A stretch of DNA of 64,000 nucleotides from an uncultured Gammaproteobacteria bacterium (GCA_963803185.1 CAWDMF010000007.1:2718-66717), one strand, 5' to 3'. Positions 11,155-25,674 are shown, counted from the first letter of the stretch. Translations and numbers: made by a program. Notes: a model not told the origin generated them from the sequence alone.

Positions 11155-11685
11155 GTGGCACTAAATCTTGAAAGCAAGAAAGCTATTGTCGCTGAAGTTT
11201 CTACAATTGCCGCCAGTGCGCTTTCAGCAGTTGCTGCTGAATATCGTGGCGTTACTGTAGGAGACATGACTGAGTTACGCGCTAAAGCACGTAATGAAGG
11301 CGTTTATCTTAAAGTTGCGAAAAACTCACTGGTAAAACGTGCAGTTGAAGGTACTGAATTCGAGTGTATGCAGGATGAACTGAAAGGGCCGCTGATTATG
11401 GCGTTCTCTCAGCAAGATCCAGGCGCAGCCGCTCGGCTTATTAAGGATTTTTCAAAAGGTAATGACAAACTAATAGCTAAAGTAATTGCAATTGGTGGTG
11501 AAGTTTTACCTGTCGAGCAACTGGAGGCACTTTCTAAATTGCCAACACGCGATCAAGCGATTGCAATGTTGATGGCGGTGATGAAAGCACCTATCGAAAA
11601 ATTCGTTCGTACTCTCAACGAGCCACACGCGAAACTGGTTCGCACTGTGGCTGCTGTACGTGATCAAAAGCAGGCAAGCGCGTAG
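11155..11685 (+). CDS. rplJ: 50S ribosomal protein L10 (GTG start)
   Basis: Sequence; preceded by long (340 bp) leader as expected for L10 autoregulation. Confidence 0.93.
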   Translation: MALNLESKKAIVAEVSTIAASALSAVAAEYRGVTVGDMTELRAKARNEGVYLKVAKNSLVKRAVEGTEFECMQDELKGPLIMAFSQQDPGAAARLIKDFSKGNDKLIAKVIAIGGEVLPVEQLEALSKLPTRDQAIAMLMAVMKAPIEKFVRTLNEPHAKLVRTVAAVRDQKQASA

Positions 11686-11760
11686 ATACAGATACGCAAG
11701 TAGTGACCTTGGCTTTGCACATACTATTATTAACATTTAAATTTTAAACTGGAGAAAATC

Positions 11761-12138
11761 ATGGCTGTTTCAAAAGATGAGATTCTGGAAACTATCTCTA
11801 ACATGTCTGTAATGGAAGTTGTCGATCTTATCGAGGCAATGGAAGAGAAATTTGGCGTATCTGCAGCGGTTGCTGTAGCTGCGGCACCCGCTGCTGGCGA
11901 TGGTGGTGGTGAAGCCGCTGCTGAAAAAGATGAGTTTGATGTTGTACTAACGAGCTTTGGCGCTAATAAAGTTGCTGTTATTAAAGCTGTTCGTGCAATC
12001 ACAGGCTTGGGTCTGAAAGAAGCGAAAGATGCAGTAGAAGGCGCGCCTACTACGGTTAAAGAAGCAGCATCAAAAGCTGATGCAGAAACAGTGCAGAAGC
12101 AGCTTGAAGAAGCTGGCGCATCTGTCGAGCTTAAGTAG
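11761..12138 (+). CDS. rplL: 50S ribosomal protein L7/L12
   Basis: Ala-rich hinge, C-terminal domain ..EAGASVELK. Confidence 0.95.
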   Translation: MAVSKDEILETISNMSVMEVVDLIEAMEEKFGVSAAVAVAAAPAAGDGGGEAAAEKDEFDVVLTSFGANKVAVIKAVRAITGLGLKEAKDAVEGAPTTVKEAASKADAETVQKQLEEAGASVELK

Positions 12139-12199
12139 AGGCATCGCGCTGAGCTTGATGACCCTTACAGGGTTGGCGAAATCAGTGACTGGACAGGCT

Positions 12200-12240
12200 G
12201 GAAACACTGTTGAAAGACAGTGTTTTCCCGGCCTTTTCCT
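12200..12240 (+). terminator. rplL-rpoB intergenic attenuator hairpin
   Basis: GGAAACACTGTtgaaagACAGTGTTTTCC stem-loop followed by CGGCCTTTTCCTGTTTC. Confidence 0.5.
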
Positions 12241-12460
12241 GTTTCTATATGGGAATTCCAGGTGGAAGCAGTTGAATAGTGATTAAGTAATAAATAGTGA
12301 TTAAGTAATAACTGTTCAGATTGCTTCTAAAACTAGTTAGTTCAAGGCGAAAAATGTGAATTTATTATAAATAAATGAACATTTTTTAACGAAGAAATAA
12401 TAAGTTTTAGAGGCGAGTTGAGTAGTTATAAAATAAATTTAGATTAAACGAGGAAGACTG

Positions 12461-15400
12461 ATGACATATTCTTTTACCGAGAAAAAACGGCTCCGCAAGG
12501 ATTTCGGTAAGCGTCCACCTGTGCTGGATGTTCCCTATTTGTTATCAATGCAAATTGATTCATTTCGTGGTTTTTTACAATCAGAAAATATAGCGATACA
12601 ACGTTTACCGACAGGGTTACAGGGTGCTTTTGAATCAGTATTCCCCATTGTAAGTTACTCAGGTCACGTGAAGTTACAGTTTGTTGAGTACAAACTGGGT
12701 AAGCCTGTGTTTGATGTAAAAGAGTGTCAGCTTCGTGGCATGACTTATGCTGCGCCGCTGCGTGTGATTTTGCGTCTTGAAATATATGACAAAGACAGTA
12801 AAAAGAAAACCACACCAAAAGAAGTGAAAGAGCAGGAAGTCTTTATGGGCGAAATGCCTTTAATGACCGACAACGGTACTTTTGTTATAAATGGTACGGA
12901 ACGTGTCATTGTGTCTCAGTTGCATCGTTCACCGGGTGTGTTATTTGACCATGATAAAGGCAAAACACACTCCTCCGGCAAGATCTTATACTCGGCACGC
13001 GTTATCCCTTACCGTGGTTCGTGGCTTGATTTTGAATTCGATCCTAAAGACGCGGTATTTGTTCGAATTGACCGTCGTCGTAAATTGCCGGCATCAATTT
13101 TGTTACGCTCTCTGGGTTATAACAATGAAGAGATTCTTGATATTTTCTTTGAAAGTATTGAATACACTTTTACCAAGGATGGTGTGAGTTTTAAATTAGT
13201 GCCCGAGCGTTTACGTGGTGATACCGCTAGTTTTGATATTACTGCGGGCAAAGAGGTTATTGTTGAAACCGGCAAACGTGTGACTATGCGTCACATTAAA
13301 ATGCTGGAGAAGAAAAAAGTTAATAAACTGAATGCGCCGCTGGATTACCTGGTCGGTAAAGTGCTGGCAACTGATCTCATTGATGAAGAGACCGGTGAAG
13401 TAATGGTGCCGGCTAATTCAGAATTCACTGAAGAGTTAATCGCTTTTGTGCAGGAAAAGGGCATTAAAAGCGTCAATGTGATCTATACCAACGATCTCGA
13501 TACCGGGCCGTTTATCTCTAATACCTTAACGGTTGATAGCACGACAACCAAACTCGAAGCGCAGATAGAAATATATCGTATGATGCGTCCGGGTGAGCCG
13601 CCAACAAAAGACGCGGCTGAGAATTTATTCAATAATCTGTTTTTCTCTGCTGACCGTTACGATATTTCAAAAGTGGGTCGGATGAAGTTTAATCGTCGTT
13701 TGCAGCGCGATACCTCTGAAGGTCCCGGTGTGCTTTATGATCATCGTCATTTTAGTACGCGTAAAGATGATTATGCAAAAGAATTATGTGAAACACTGGG
13801 TGAGACCTCAGATATTATTTCAGTAATGAAGGAACTGATCTCGATTCGAAATGGTACTGGTACGGTAGATGATATTGATCACCTGGGTAATCGCCGTATC
13901 CGAAGTGTTGGTGAGATGGCAGAAAATGTTTTCCGTGTTGGTCTGGTTCGTGTTGAGCGTGCAGTGAAAGAACGTTTGACTACCGCTGAACAGGATGGTT
14001 TGATGCCGCAGGATCTTATCAATGCTAAACCGGTTGCTGCTGCGGTGAAAGAATTTTTTGGTTCCAGCCAGTTATCTCAATTTATGGATCAGAATAATCC
14101 ATTATCAGAAGTGACTCATAAACGCCGTATTTCTGCTTTGGGCCCCGGCGGTCTGACACGTGAACGTGCTGGTTTTGAAGTGCGTGACGTGCATCCAACG
14201 CATTACGGTCGAGTTTGTCCTATTGAAACACCTGAGGGACCCAATATTGGTTTGATCAACTCATTGTCTGTGTATGCGCGCACCAATGCATACGGTTTCC
14301 TGGAGACTCCTTATCGTAAAATTGTAAATGGAGTTGCAACGGATGAAATAGATTATCTGTCTGCGATTGAAGAAGGCGCTTTTGTTATTGCGCAGGCAAA
14401 TGCCACCATGGATGCCAAGGGTAAGTTGCTCGATGAGATGGTGTCATGTCGTCATTTGAATGAATTCTCATTATCTTCACCTGTTGATGTGCAGTATATG
14501 GATGTATCACCAAGACAGATTGTATCTGTTGCGGCGTCGCTGATTCCGTTCCTTGAGCACGACGATGCAAACCGTGCCTTGATGGGGTCGAACATGCAAC
14601 GTCAGGCAGTCCCCACTTTACGTGCGGATAAACCGCTTGTGGGTACTGGCATGGAGCGTGCTGTTGCGCATGATTCTGGCGCCTCTGTGGTTGCCACACG
14701 TGGTGGTATTATTGATTCAGTGGATGCTTCACGCATAGTAATTCGTGCCCATGACGCTGAAGCGGCTGATGCTGCTACCGGTGTTGATATTTACAATCTG
14801 ACTAAATATACACGTTCAAATCAGAACACCTGTATTAATCAGCGTCCCCTGGTGCGTATTGGAGATAGCGTGCAACGTGGTGATATTATTGCTGATGGTC
14901 CATCAACAGACATGGGTGAGCTGGCATTGGGCCAAAACATGCTGGTGGCATACATGGCGTGGAATGGCTACAATTTCGAGGACTCCATCATTATTTCTGA
15001 GCGTGTGGTAGAAGAAGATCGTTATACCACCATCCATATTCAGGAATTAAGCAGTGTTGCACGTGATACTAAACTGGGTTCTGAAGAAATTACCGCTGAT
15101 ATTCCAAATGTCAGTGAAAGCCTGTTATCCAAACTGGATGAGTCCGGTGTGGTTTATGTCGGTGCAGAGGTTAAGCCGGGTGATATTCTGGTTGGTAAAG
15201 TGACGCCAAAAGGTGAGACCCAGTTAACCGCCGAAGAAAAACTGTTGCGTGCTATTTTCGGTGAAAAAGCCTCTGATGTTAAAGATTCATCATTGCGTGT
15301 ATCAGGTAGTACTTACGGCACTGTTATCGGTGTCCAGGTGTTCACCCGTGATGGTGTAGAAAAAGATAAACGTGCAATCGAAATTGAGGAAGAAGAGATC

Positions 15401-16609
15401 ATTTCAGTGAAGAAAGATGTCGATGCTCAATGGCGCATTATCGAACAGGATTTGTTTGCTCGTATGGAAAACGTATTTACAGGTAAACAGGCAGCTGGTG
15501 GTCCGGCCGGGCTGAAGTCGGGTGATAAAATTACAGCGGCATACCTGAAAGAGCTGGATCATAAAGACTGGATGCAGATTCGTCTTAAAGATGAGCAGGA
15601 AAATGCGCGTATCGAAGAGCTGGCGAAACAGCATAAAGAGCAACGTGAACTGCTGGATGCCTACTTTACTGAAAAGAAAGACAAACTTACCGCAGGTGAT
15701 GACCTGGCACCCGGTGTGTTGAAGATGGTTAAAGTTTATCTTGCTGTTAAACGTCGTATGCAACCAGGCGATAAAATGGCGGGGCGTCATGGTAATAAAG
15801 GTGTGGTTTCAACCATCGTACCGGTTGAAGATATGCCGCACACTGCGGATGGTATCCCGGTTGATATTATTCTCAATCCGCTGGGTGTGCCTTCACGTAT
15901 GAACGTCGGTCAGGTTTTAGAAACCCATCTTGGTCTGGCTGCAAAAGGCCTGGGTGATGTCATCAGCAAGATGCTCGATGATAAAGCGCCGGTAGCAGAT
16001 GTCCGCAACTTCCTGAACGAGATATACAACCACGATGAAAATAAAGTGGATCTTAAATCATTCAGCGATGAAGAGCTGATGGATATGGCGCAAAATCTGC
16101 GTAAAGGTGTGCCCATGGCGACGCCGGTATTCGATGGCGCAGATGAGGAAGAAATTCACCGCATGCTTGAGCTTGCCGGCTTACCAATCAGTGGCCAGAC
16201 CACGTTGTATGATGGTCGCACCGGTCAGCAGTTTGATAATCCAGTCACCATTGGTTACAAATACATGCTGAAACTTAATCACCTGATTGATGACAAGATG
16301 CATGCACGTTCTACCGGTCCTTACAGCCTGGTAACGCAGCAGCCATTAGGTGGTAAAGCACAGTTTGGCGGTCAGCGCTTTGGTGAGATGGAAGTGTGGG
16401 CGCTGGAAGCATACGGCGCGGCTTATACCTTGCAGGAAATGTTAACAGTCAAGTCTGATGATGTGGCTGGTCGTAACAAGATGTACAAAAACATTGTTGA
16501 TGGTAATCATCATATGGAACCGGGAATGCCGGAGTCCTTCAATGTATTACTTAAAGAGATTCGTGCTTTAGGTATCAACATTGAACTGGAGCTGGAGAAC
16601 AAGTCCTAA
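12461..16609 (+). CDS. rpoB: DNA-directed RNA polymerase subunit beta
   Basis: 1382 aa, conserved RpoB blocks. Confidence 0.97.
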   Translation: MTYSFTEKKRLRKDFGKRPPVLDVPYLLSMQIDSFRGFLQSENIAIQRLPTGLQGAFESVFPIVSYSGHVKLQFVEYKLGKPVFDVKECQLRGMTYAAPLRVILRLEIYDKDSKKKTTPKEVKEQEVFMGEMPLMTDNGTFVINGTERVIVSQLHRSPGVLFDHDKGKTHSSGKILYSARVIPYRGSWLDFEFDPKDAVFVRIDRRRKLPASILLRSLGYNNEEILDIFFESIEYTFTKDGVSFKLVPERLRGDTASFDITAGKEVIVETGKRVTMRHIKMLEKKKVNKLNAPLDYLVGKVLATDLIDEETGEVMVPANSEFTEELIAFVQEKGIKSVNVIYTNDLDTGPFISNTLTVDSTTTKLEAQIEIYRMMRPGEPPTKDAAENLFNNLFFSADRYDISKVGRMKFNRRLQRDTSEGPGVLYDHRHFSTRKDDYAKELCETLGETSDIISVMKELISIRNGTGTVDDIDHLGNRRIRSVGEMAENVFRVGLVRVERAVKERLTTAEQDGLMPQDLINAKPVAAAVKEFFGSSQLSQFMDQNNPLSEVTHKRRISALGPGGLTRERAGFEVRDVHPTHYGRVCPIETPEGPNIGLINSLSVYARTNAYGFLETPYRKIVNGVATDEIDYLSAIEEGAFVIAQANATMDAKGKLLDEMVSCRHLNEFSLSSPVDVQYMDVSPRQIVSVAASLIPFLEHDDANRALMGSNMQRQAVPTLRADKPLVGTGMERAVAHDSGASVVATRGGIIDSVDASRIVIRAHDAEAADAATGVDIYNLTKYTRSNQNTCINQRPLVRIGDSVQRGDIIADGPSTDMGELALGQNMLVAYMAWNGYNFEDSIIISERVVEEDRYTTIHIQELSSVARDTKLGSEEITADIPNVSESLLSKLDESGVVYVGAEVKPGDILVGKVTPKGETQLTAEEKLLRAIFGEKASDVKDSSLRVSGSTYGTVIGVQVFTRDGVEKDKRAIEIEEEEIISVKKDVDAQWRIIEQDLFARMENVFTGKQAAGGPAGLKSGDKITAAYLKELDHKDWMQIRLKDEQENARIEELAKQHKEQRELLDAYFTEKKDKLTAGDDLAPGVLKMVKVYLAVKRRMQPGDKMAGRHGNKGVVSTIVPVEDMPHTADGIPVDIILNPLGVPSRMNVGQVLETHLGLAAKGLGDVISKMLDDKAPVADVRNFLNEIYNHDENKVDLKSFSDEELMDMAQNLRKGVPMATPVFDGADEEEIHRMLELAGLPISGQTTLYDGRTGQQFDNPVTIGYKYMLKLNHLIDDKMHARSTGPYSLVTQQPLGGKAQFGGQRFGEMEVWALEAYGAAYTLQEMLTVKSDDVAGRNKMYKNIVDGNHHMEPGMPESFNVLLKEIRALGINIELELENKS

Positions 16610-16681
16610 CGGATAATCTTCAGGCACATACCGTACGCGTTGCGTAACCATAGATAAATAAATTTAGACAGGATCAGGGCA

Positions 16682-19600
16682 ATGAAAGACTTACTTAAGC
16701 TCATAAAACAACCAGGCCAGAACGAAGACTTTGATGCAATTAAAATCAGTCTTGCGTCACCATCGCAGGTGCAGTCCTGGTCTTTCGGTGAAGTGAAAAA
16801 ACCGGAAACAATTAACTACCGTACCTTTAAACCAGAACGTGACGGCCTGTTCTGTGCCAAAATATTTGGTCCGGTTAAAGACTATGAATGTTTATGCGGT
16901 AAATATAAACGCCTGAAACATCGCGGTGTGGTTTGTGAGAAATGCGGCGTAGAAGTGACTCAGTCAAAAGTGCGTCGTGAGCGTATGGGTCATATTGACC
17001 TGGCTAGCCCGGTTGCACACATCTGGTATCTGAAGTCATTGCCATCACGTATCGGTCTGCTGTTAGACATGACATTACGTGAAATCGAACGCATCCTGTA
17101 TTTCGAGGCATTTGTAGTTATTGAGCCGGGTTTGACCACGCTTGAAAAAGGCCAGTTATTAACGGATGAAACTTATCTTGAAGCCATTGAAGAGCATGGT
17201 GATGAGTTCGATGCGCGCATGGGTGCAGAAGCCGTTCATGAAATGCTGAAGAGCCTGGTGCTGGAAGAAGAAAAAATCCAGATTCGTGAAGACATGGGTG
17301 CCACCAAGTCTGAAACCAAACTGAAACGTCTGGCAAAACGCCTTAAATTAGTTGAGTCATTTATTGCTTCAGGTAATCGTCCGGAATGGATGATTATGAC
17401 TATTCTGCCGGTGTTGCCACCCGATTTACGTCCCCTGGTGCCATTGGACGGTGGCCGTTTTGCCACTTCTGATCTAAATGATTTATACCGTCGTGTAATC
17501 AATCGTAACAATCGTCTGAAACGGTTGCTGGAGTTGTACGCGCCTGACATTATTGTGCGTAATGAAAAGCGTATGTTGCAGGAATCCGTTGATGCACTGA
17601 TGGATAACGGTCGTCGTGGTCGCGCTATTACCGGCACCAACAAGCGTCCGCTGAAATCGTTAGCTGACATGATTAAAGGCAAGCAGGGTCGTTTCCGTCA
17701 GAACCTGCTGGGTAAACGTGTTGATTATTCTGGCCGTTCAGTGATTGTAGTTGGCCCAACACTAAAACTGCACCAGTGTGGATTGCCGAAGAAAATGTCA
17801 CTTGAATTGTTCAAGCCCTTTATCTTTAACAAATTATTGCGTCGCGGTCTGGCAACAACCATTAAAGCCGCGAAGAAAATGGTTGAGAAAGAAGGTGTGG
17901 AAGTATGGGATATTCTTGATGAAGTTATCCGCGAGCATCCCGTTATGCTTAACCGTGCACCAACACTTCATCGATTAGGCATTCAGGCATTTGAGCCAGT
18001 ACTGATCGAAGGTAAAGCAATTCAGTTGCACCCGTTAGTCTGTACTGCGTTTAACGCCGACTTCGACGGTGACCAGATGGCGGTTCATGTACCGTTGTCA
18101 ATTGAAGCGCAATTAGAAGCGCGTACCTTAATGCTGGCGACAAACAACATCCTGTCACCTGCATCGGGCGATCCGATTATCGTACCTTCACAGGATATCG
18201 TGTTAGGCCTCTACTATATGACGCGTGAGTCGATCAACGTTAAAGGTGAAGGCATGGTCTTTGCTGATGTTGATGAGGTGCATCGTGCCTATGATGCTGG
18301 TGTTGCAGATTTGCAGGCTAAAGTTAAGGCGCGAATTAAAGAAGTCTTATTTAATGAAGATGGTGAGCTGGAGGAGCGTCACACTATTGTCGATACCACG
18401 GTAGGTCGCGCCATTCTGTCTGAAATTATTCCTGCCGGTATTCCTTATGAATTAGTCAATCAGGACCTGGGTAAAAAAGCTATTTCAAATCTAATTAACT
18501 CCTGTTACCGTCAGGTGGGTTTGAAAGAAACCGTTATTTTTGCTGACCATTTAATGTATACCGGTTTCAGGTATTCAACACGTTCAGGAATTTCCATCTG
18601 TATCAATGATATGGTCATTCCTGAAGAAAAAGAAACCTTGCTGAATGCTGCCGATGCTGAAGTAAAAGAAATTCAGCAGCAATACTCATCTGGTCTGGTC
18701 ACTAACGGTGAACGTTATAACAAAGTAGTGGATATCTGGTCGCATGCCAATGAGGCGGTTGCTAAAGCCATGATGGATAAGCTCAGCACTGTTGAAGTGG
18801 AAGATGCTGAAGGTAACATGGTTAAACAGCCATCATTTAATAATATTTTTGTGATGGCCGATTCCGGTGCACGTGGTTCAGCAGCGCAGATTCGTCAGTT
18901 AGCGGGTATGCGCGGCTTGATGGCGAAACCGGACGGTTCGATTATTGAAACACCCATTACAGCGAACTTCCGTGAAGGCTTGAACGTATTACAGTACTTT
19001 ATTTCTACACACGGTGCTCGTAAAGGCCTGGCGGATACCGCGTTAAAAACGGCGAACTCCGGTTACCTGACGCGTCGCCTGGTAGATGTTGCGCAGGACA
19101 TGGTTATCCTGAAGCATGACTGCAAAACTGAAAAAGGCATGCTGGTGCAGTCAATCATTGAAGGTGGCGACGTTATTATGCCATTGAGTGAGCTGGTGCT
19201 TGGTCGTGTAGTGGCTCGCGATGTAGTTAATACCGATGATGAGATATTGATTCCACGTGGTACTTTGCTAGATGAACAATGGGTAGAGCAGCTCGACGAA
19301 CTGGGTGTTGATGAAATCTTTGTGCGTTCAGTTATTACCTGTGAAAATAAACAGGGTGTCTGCTCCATGTGTTACGGCCGTGATCTGGCTCGTGGCCATC
19401 TGGTCAACCATGGTGAAGCGGTGGGTGTCATTGCCGCGCAGTCGATTGGTGAGCCGGGTACACAGTTGACCATGCGTACTTTCCATATTGGGGGTGCCGC
19501 AAGTCGTTCTGCTGCTGCTAACAGTATTAGTGTGAAAACGACCGGTACCGTTCGTTTGCATAACATTAATGTTGTGCCTCAGACCAGTGGTAACCTGGTA

Positions 19601-20962
19601 GCCGTTTCCCGTTCAGGTGAACTGGGTGTAACTGATGAGCATGGCCGTGAGCGTGAGTTATATAAAATTCCTTATGGCGCGGTGATTTCTGTTGAAGAAG
19701 GCGGTGCGGTTACCGGTGGACAGGTTGTCGCAACCTGGGATCCGCATACACACCCGATTATTACCGAGGTAGAAGGCAAGGTTAAATTTACTGATTTTGC
19801 TGATGGCATCAGTGTTCAGAAAGAAACGGATGAGATTACCGGATTATCATCCATAGTGATTATTGATCCTAAGCAACGTCCAACAGCGGGTAAAGATATG
19901 CGTCCGTTGATTACATTGGTGGATGCAAAAGGCAAAGACCTTAATATTGCCGGTACTGAGCAACCTGCTCGATACTTCCTGCCATCCGGTGCGATTATTA
20001 ATATCGACGATGGTAATGATGTATCTGTGGGCGACGTTATTGCGCGTATTCCTCAGGCATCCAGTAAAACGCGTGATATTACCGGTGGTCTGCCACGTGT
20101 TGCTGACCTGTTTGAGGCGCGTAAACCGAAAGAGCCGGCCATTATGGCTGAGGCTTCCGGTGTTATCAGTTTTGGTAAAGAAACCAAAGGTAAGCAACGC
20201 CTGGTGATTACCAAGGATAGTTCAGAGGCTGTCGAATCACTGATTCCTAAATGGCGTCACATCAATGTATTTGAAGGTGAGCGTGTGGAGCAGGGTGAGG
20301 TGATTGCTGATGGCGAGCGCAGTGCGCATGACATTTTGCGCCTGCTGGGTGCAGAAGCATTAGCCGAGTACCTGGTGAATGAGATTCAGGACGTTTATCG
20401 CTTACAGGGTGTGAAAATTAATGATAAACATATCGAGGTAATTATTCGTCAAATGCTGCGTAAATGTGAAATCATTGAAGGTGGTGATTCCAATTACCTG
20501 AAAGGTGAAATTGTAGAGCGTGCACGCGTCATTGATGAATGCGCGCAACTGGAAGCGGAAGGTAAGGAGCCTGCTATCTTTGAGCCAATACTGTTAGGTA
20601 TTACCAAAGGTTCACTGGTGACTGAGTCCTTTATATCGGCTGCTTCTTTCCAGGAAACCACCCGGGTATTGACCGAAGCATCGGTTCGTGGTGGCAGCGA
20701 TCCATTACGTGGCCTGAAAGAAAACGTTATTGTGGGTCGTTTGATTCCAGCAGGTACAGGCCTGGCTTATCATGAAGAAAGGCAGCGTCAGCGTACTGCT
20801 GACATTGAGGCGGCTTTTATCACTGAAGAAGAAGCCAGTGTAGAATTGAGCGCTGAGCTGACTGAAGAGCTGAATGATGCAGAAATGCCAACAGAAATCA
20901 TTGAAACCTCCGATGCAGCTGAAATGAATGCGGAAGCTGAGCAGCCTAAGCAGGACGCTTAA
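16682..20962 (+). CDS. rpoC: DNA-directed RNA polymerase subunit beta'
   Basis: 1426 aa, Zn-finger CxxC..CxxC, NADFDGD active site. Confidence 0.97.
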   Translation: MKDLLKLIKQPGQNEDFDAIKISLASPSQVQSWSFGEVKKPETINYRTFKPERDGLFCAKIFGPVKDYECLCGKYKRLKHRGVVCEKCGVEVTQSKVRRERMGHIDLASPVAHIWYLKSLPSRIGLLLDMTLREIERILYFEAFVVIEPGLTTLEKGQLLTDETYLEAIEEHGDEFDARMGAEAVHEMLKSLVLEEEKIQIREDMGATKSETKLKRLAKRLKLVESFIASGNRPEWMIMTILPVLPPDLRPLVPLDGGRFATSDLNDLYRRVINRNNRLKRLLELYAPDIIVRNEKRMLQESVDALMDNGRRGRAITGTNKRPLKSLADMIKGKQGRFRQNLLGKRVDYSGRSVIVVGPTLKLHQCGLPKKMSLELFKPFIFNKLLRRGLATTIKAAKKMVEKEGVEVWDILDEVIREHPVMLNRAPTLHRLGIQAFEPVLIEGKAIQLHPLVCTAFNADFDGDQMAVHVPLSIEAQLEARTLMLATNNILSPASGDPIIVPSQDIVLGLYYMTRESINVKGEGMVFADVDEVHRAYDAGVADLQAKVKARIKEVLFNEDGELEERHTIVDTTVGRAILSEIIPAGIPYELVNQDLGKKAISNLINSCYRQVGLKETVIFADHLMYTGFRYSTRSGISICINDMVIPEEKETLLNAADAEVKEIQQQYSSGLVTNGERYNKVVDIWSHANEAVAKAMMDKLSTVEVEDAEGNMVKQPSFNNIFVMADSGARGSAAQIRQLAGMRGLMAKPDGSIIETPITANFREGLNVLQYFISTHGARKGLADTALKTANSGYLTRRLVDVAQDMVILKHDCKTEKGMLVQSIIEGGDVIMPLSELVLGRVVARDVVNTDDEILIPRGTLLDEQWVEQLDELGVDEIFVRSVITCENKQGVCSMCYGRDLARGHLVNHGEAVGVIAAQSIGEPGTQLTMRTFHIGGAASRSAAANSISVKTTGTVRLHNINVVPQTSGNLVAVSRSGELGVTDEHGRERELYKIPYGAVISVEEGGAVTGGQVVATWDPHTHPIITEVEGKVKFTDFADGISVQKETDEITGLSSIVIIDPKQRPTAGKDMRPLITLVDAKGKDLNIAGTEQPARYFLPSGAIINIDDGNDVSVGDVIARIPQASSKTRDITGGLPRVADLFEARKPKEPAIMAEASGVISFGKETKGKQRLVITKDSSEAVESLIPKWRHINVFEGERVEQGEVIADGERSAHDILRLLGAEALAEYLVNEIQDVYRLQGVKINDKHIEVIIRQMLRKCEIIEGGDSNYLKGEIVERARVIDECAQLEAEGKEPAIFEPILLGITKGSLVTESFISAASFQETTRVLTEASVRGGSDPLRGLKENVIVGRLIPAGTGLAYHEERQRQRTADIEAAFITEEEASVELSAELTEELNDAEMPTEIIETSDAAEMNAEAEQPKQDA

Positions 20963-20968
20963 GAAACG

Positions 20969-21075
20969 TTTTACCGCCGAGACGCAGAGACGCAGAGTTA
21001 ATAAGTGTTTGTTGCGCCTGCGGCGCCACAAACTTATAAGAGTTTTTCTCTGCGTCTCGGCGGTAAAAAATGCTT
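20969..21075 (+). terminator. rpoBC operon terminator: long nested inverted repeat
   Basis: 21-bp perfect stem TTTTACCGCCGAGACGCAGAG / CTCTGCGTCTCGGCGGTAAAA enclosing inner hairpin, followed by A/T run. Confidence 0.6.
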
Positions 21076-21265
21076 TTAAATTGCGCTTATCCGGCCGTTA
21101 GTAACTTGACAGTTACCGGCAGTGAGCATAGAATTGCGCCTCTTTTGACAGGCCCCCGAGTAATATCCTGGGCCTGTTGTTTATTTTGAGCCCGCAGTAA
21201 ATACCAGTGGGCGCCGTTAAGCTTTTGATGCCTATATCAATTTTTGGCGGAATTTGGAGTTATAG

Positions 21266-21640
21266 ATGACAACAATTAACCAGTTAGTGCGTAAACCGCG
21301 CCGTAGTAAAGTTGTAAAAAGCAACGTTCCTGCATTAGAGGCCTGTCCGCAAAGACGCGGGGTGTGTACACGTGTTTATACAACAACACCTAAAAAGCCA
21401 AACTCAGCAATGCGTAAAGTTGCTCGTGTGCGTTTAACTAACGCTTTTGAAGTGACCAGTTATATTGGTGGTGAGGGTCATAACCTGCAGGAGCACAGTG
21501 TGGTGCTTATTCGCGGTGGCCGTGTAAAAGATTTACCGGGTGTACGTTATCACGTTGTTCGCGGTAGCCTGGATACGCAGGGTGTTGAATCACGTCGCCA
21601 GGGCCGTTCAAAGTACGGTACTAAGCGACCTAAGAGTTAA
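21266..21640 (+). CDS. rpsL: 30S ribosomal protein S12
   Basis: Sequence. Confidence 0.97.
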   Translation: MTTINQLVRKPRRSKVVKSNVPALEACPQRRGVCTRVYTTTPKKPNSAMRKVARVRLTNAFEVTSYIGGEGHNLQEHSVVLIRGGRVKDLPGVRYHVVRGSLDTQGVESRRQGRSKYGTKRPKS

Positions 21641-21682
21641 TTTTTAGAGTATCGCTTATTTAAGCGGTTTACAGAGAAAGCT

Positions 21683-22153
21683 ATGCCAAGAAGAAGAGAA
21701 GTCCCGAAAAGAGAAGTATTACCTGATCCAAAATTCGGTAGTACTCAAATTACAAAATTCGTTAACATGATCATGAAAAGCGGTAAGAAATCAGTTGCTG
21801 AATCTATCATGTATAACGCATTGGACCGCATTAATGATAAAGCCACAGGCGAACCAATGGATGTTCTTGATAAGGCATTGGAAAACGTCAGTCCAATGGT
21901 CGAGGTTAAATCTCGCCGTGTCGGTGGTGCGACCTACCAGGTGCCTGTCGAGGTACGTGCTAACCGCCGTACTACATTAGCTATGCGCTGGTTGATTGAT
22001 GCGGCGCGAAAACGTGGTGAAAAATCCATGCAGTTGAAATTGGCTGGTGAGCTAATGGATGCTTCAGAAAATCGTGGCAATGCTGTTAAAAAACGTGAAG
22101 ATACGCACCGTATGGCTGAGGCGAATAAAGCTTTTGCGCATTTCCGCTGGTAG
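21683..22153 (+). CDS. rpsG: 30S ribosomal protein S7
   Basis: Sequence. Confidence 0.97.
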   Translation: MPRRREVPKREVLPDPKFGSTQITKFVNMIMKSGKKSVAESIMYNALDRINDKATGEPMDVLDKALENVSPMVEVKSRRVGGATYQVPVEVRANRRTTLAMRWLIDAARKRGEKSMQLKLAGELMDASENRGNAVKKREDTHRMAEANKAFAHFRW

Positions 22154-22226
22154 TCTTCGCGGGTAGTTTAAATAAGGTAGCAGGCCTGACTACAACAGGC
22201 CTGGTTATAAAGTAGGAACTGAGGCC

Positions 22227-24332
22227 ATGGCTCGTATCACGCCGATCAAACGTTATCGTAACATTGGTATCATGGCGCATATTGATGCGGGCAAGACCAC
22301 AACAACCGAACGTATCCTGTATTACACAGGAATATCTCACAAAATAGGTGAGGTGCATGACGGAGCTGCTACCATGGACTGGATGGAGCAGGAGCAGGAG
22401 CGTGGAATTACTATTACTTCTGCAGCAACCACCTGTTTCTGGAAAGGCATGGATAAGCAGTATGATCAGCACCGTATTAATATAATTGATACGCCCGGGC
22501 ACGTTGACTTCACTATTGAAGTTGAGCGTTCTTTGCGTGTGCTAGACGGTGCTTGCGCCGTTTTTTGTGCTGTAGGTGGTGTTGAGCCGCAGTCTGAAAC
22601 AGTGTGGCGGCAGGCCAATAAATATCATGTGCCACGCATGGCCTTTGTCAACAAGATGGATCGTCCGGGTGCGGATTTTCTGCGTGTAGTAGGGCAAATT
22701 AAACAGCGTTTAGGCGCTAATCCGATAGCCATGCAAATTGCTATTGGCGCAGAAGAGCACTTCGAAGGCGTCGTTGATCTCGTTAAGATGAAAGCGATTC
22801 GCTGGAAAGAGGAAAATATGGGCTCGGATTTCATCGAAGGTGATATTCCGGCTGAATTGCTCGAATTGAGTAAAAAGCAGCGCGAAATCATGGTGGAGGC
22901 GGCAGCTGAGGCCAGTGAAGAGCTGATGGATAAATATCTTGAGAGTGGCGAGTTAGACGCTGAAGATATAAAACGGGGCATTCGCCTTAGAACATTGGCC
23001 AACGAAGTGGTGCCGACATTTTGCGGTAGTGCGTTTAAGAATAAAGGCGTGCAGGCGATGCTTGATGGGTTCATCGATTATATGCCGTCACCGGTCGATG
23101 TGCCTGCCATTACCGGGCACCTCGATGATAAAGATGAAACAGTAGCTGAAAGGCCGGCTGATGATAAAGCGCCATTTGCAGCACTGGGTTTTAAGATTGC
23201 GACTGATCCATTTGTCGGAAACCTGACCTTTTTTCGTGTTTATTCGGGGGTATTAAAAACCGGCGATACCGTTTTTAACCCGGTAAAAGCTAAAAAAGAG
23301 CGAGTTGGCCGTATCGTGCAGATGCACGCCAACCATCGTGAAGAGATTAAAGAAGTGCTTGCCGGTGATATCGCTGCAGCAATCGGCCTGAAAGACGTCA
23401 CTACTGGTGATACTTTGTGTGATCCGAATGCGGTGATAACACTGGAGAAGATGGATTTTCCAGATCCGGTCATATCGGTAGCAGTTGAGCCGAAGACCAA
23501 AGCAGACCAGGAAAAGATGGGTGTAGCTCTGGGTAAGCTGGCAAATGAGGATCCATCGTTCCGCGTGCATACCGATGAAGAATCGGGTCAGACCATTATT
23601 TCCGGCATGGGCGAGCTTCACCTGGAAATCATCATTGATCGTATGCTGCGTGAGTTCAGCGTGAATGCCAATATTGGTAATCCGCAGGTTGCTTACCGTG
23701 AAGCGCTGACAAAAACGGTGGAACACGAGGCAAAATTTGCCAGACAGTCAGGTGGTCGTGGGCAGTATGGTCATGTTTACCTGAGAATTGAACCGCGGAA
23801 GCCGGGTTCGGGTTATGAGTTTGTTAATGAGATCGTTGGCGGAGCAGTACCTAAAGAATATATCCCGGCGGTTGATAAAGGGGTACAGGAGCAGATGCGC
23901 AGTGGCGTACTGGCCGGTTACCCGATCGAAGATGTAAAGGTTGCCTTGTATGACGGCTCCTACCACGATGTGGATTCGAGCGAGATGGCGTTCAAGATAG
24001 CCGGTTCGATGTGCTTCAGGCAGGGTGCGCTGGAAGCAGGACCCACCATTCTTGAGCCGTTGATGAAGGTCGAGGTGGTGACACCGGAGGAGTACATGGG
24101 CGACGTTATGGGTGATCTGAGCCGGCGTCGCGGCATCCTTCATGGAATGGACGATACGGTGGCGGGTAAGATTATCCGTGCAGATGTGCCGTTATCAGAG
24201 ATGTTTGGTTATTCCACATCGCTGCGCTCGGCTACACAGGGAAGGGCGACTTACTCGATGGAGTTCAAAAAGTATGCTGAGGCACCGAAAGTGATTTCGG
24301 ATGCGGTAGTTTCCAGCAAGACTGGTATGTAA
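22227..24332 (+). CDS. fusA: elongation factor G
   Basis: [13 protein letters not shown]-domain, 701 aa. Confidence 0.97.
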   Translation: MARITPIKRYRNIGIMAHIDAGKTTTTERILYYTGISHKIGEVHDGAATMDWMEQEQERGITITSAATTCFWKGMDKQYDQHRINIIDTPGHVDFTIEVERSLRVLDGACAVFCAVGGVEPQSETVWRQANKYHVPRMAFVNKMDRPGADFLRVVGQIKQRLGANPIAMQIAIGAEEHFEGVVDLVKMKAIRWKEENMGSDFIEGDIPAELLELSKKQREIMVEAAAEASEELMDKYLESGELDAEDIKRGIRLRTLANEVVPTFCGSAFKNKGVQAMLDGFIDYMPSPVDVPAITGHLDDKDETVAERPADDKAPFAALGFKIATDPFVGNLTFFRVYSGVLKTGDTVFNPVKAKKERVGRIVQMHANHREEIKEVLAGDIAAAIGLKDVTTGDTLCDPNAVITLEKMDFPDPVISVAVEPKTKADQEKMGVALGKLANEDPSFRVHTDEESGQTIISGMGELHLEIIIDRMLREFSVNANIGNPQVAYREALTKTVEHEAKFARQSGGRGQYGHVYLRIEPRKPGSGYEFVNEIVGGAVPKEYIPAVDKGVQEQMRSGVLAGYPIEDVKVALYDGSYHDVDSSEMAFKIAGSMCFRQGALEAGPTILEPLMKVEVVTPEEYMGDVMGDLSRRRGILHGMDDTVAGKIIRADVPLSEMFGYSTSLRSATQGRATYSMEFKKYAEAPKVISDAVVSSKTGM

Positions 24333-24473
24333 CGAATAGATTAGCATCGCGGCGTACAATACGCGATAGCAGGTTTGCAGATGGGTGCGATAAAAATACC
24401 GGTCTGCAGGCAAAGATTAAAATAAACCTGATTTATTAAACATTTAAGATAAAAAAGAGAAGAGGTAATAGCA

Positions 24474-25664
24474 GTGTCTAAGGAAAAGTTTGAAAGAACC
24501 AAGCCACACGTAAACGTAGGCACAATTGGTCACGTAGACCACGGTAAAACCACACTGACAGCAGCGATGACGAAAGTTATGGCAGAAGCGCAGGGCGGTG
24601 AAGTGAAAGCCTTTGATCAAATTGATAATGCACCGGAAGAGCGTGCACGCGGCATCACCATCGCGACCTCACACGTGGAGTATGAGAGCCCGAACCGTCA
24701 CTATGCGCACGTTGACTGTCCTGGACACGCCGACTATGTGAAGAACATGATTACCGGTGCAGCGCAGATGGACGGTGCTATCCTGGTTGTATCAGCTGCG
24801 GATGGCCCAATGCCTCAGACCCGTGAGCACATCCTGCTGTCACGCCAGGTTGGTGTGCCATACGTGCTTGTTTATATGAACAAGGCCGACATGGTTGATG
24901 ACGAAGAGCTGTTAGAGCTGGTTGAAATGGAAATCCGTGAGCTGTTAGACGCTTATGAATTCCCTGGCGATGACACCCCGATCATTATTGGCTCAGCACT
25001 GAAAGCATTAGAAGGCGACACCAGTGAAATCGGCACGCCATCAATCATCAAGCTGGTAGAGGCGATGGATAACTACATTCCGCAGCCAGAGCGCGCGGTA
25101 GACCAGCCATTTTTGATGCCTGTTGAGGACGTATTCTCAATCTCGGGTCGCGGTACGGTGGTAACCGGTCGTATCGAGCGTGGAGTGATCAACGTTGGTG
25201 AAGAGATCGAGATCGTCGGCATCCGTGACACCCAGACAACAACCTGTACCGGTGTTGAGATGTTCCGCAAATTGCTGGACACAGGTGAAGCCGGTGATAA
25301 CGTTGGCCTGTTGCTGCGTGGCCTGAAGCGTGAACAGGTTGAGCGCGGCCAGGTATGCTGTAAGCCGGGTTCTGTTAACCCGCACACCAAGTTTGAGTGT
25401 GAAGTTTACATATTAAGTAAAGATGAAGGTGGTCGTCACACGCCATTCTTCAATAACTACCGTCCACAGTTCTACTTCCGTACGACTGACGTGACAGGTG
25501 CATGTGATCTGCCGGAAGGTACCGAGATGGTAATGCCTGGCGATAACATAAAAATGATAGTGACCCTGATCAACCCGATTGCGATGGAAGAAGGTTTACG
25601 CTTTGCGATTCGTGAAGGTGGTCGTACCGTTGGTGCAGGTGTGGTTGCTAAAATTATTGAGTAA
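24474..25664 (+). CDS. tuf: elongation factor Tu (copy 2, GTG start)
   Basis: Protein identical to copy 1 except D/N at one position; nucleotide ends identical, a few synonymous changes centrally. Confidence 0.97.
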   Translation: MSKEKFERTKPHVNVGTIGHVDHGKTTLTAAMTKVMAEAQGGEVKAFDQIDNAPEERARGITIATSHVEYESPNRHYAHVDCPGHADYVKNMITGAAQMDGAILVVSAADGPMPQTREHILLSRQVGVPYVLVYMNKADMVDDEELLELVEMEIRELLDAYEFPGDDTPIIIGSALKALEGDTSEIGTPSIIKLVEAMDNYIPQPERAVDQPFLMPVEDVFSISGRGTVVTGRIERGVINVGEEIEIVGIRDTQTTTCTGVEMFRKLLDTGEAGDNVGLLLRGLKREQVERGQVCCKPGSVNPHTKFECEVYILSKDEGGRHTPFFNNYRPQFYFRTTDVTGACDLPEGTEMVMPGDNIKMIVTLINPIAMEEGLRFAIREGGRTVGAGVVAKIIE

Positions 25665-25674
25665 TAACAGCTCA

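Noticed and set aside
12474-20197. Multiple antisense or alternate-frame ORFs of 60-150 aa inside rpoB, rpoC, fusA, tuf, uvrA, secY and ribosomal genes
   Set aside because: They are fully embedded in strongly conserved genes on the other strand or frame, with no independent support.
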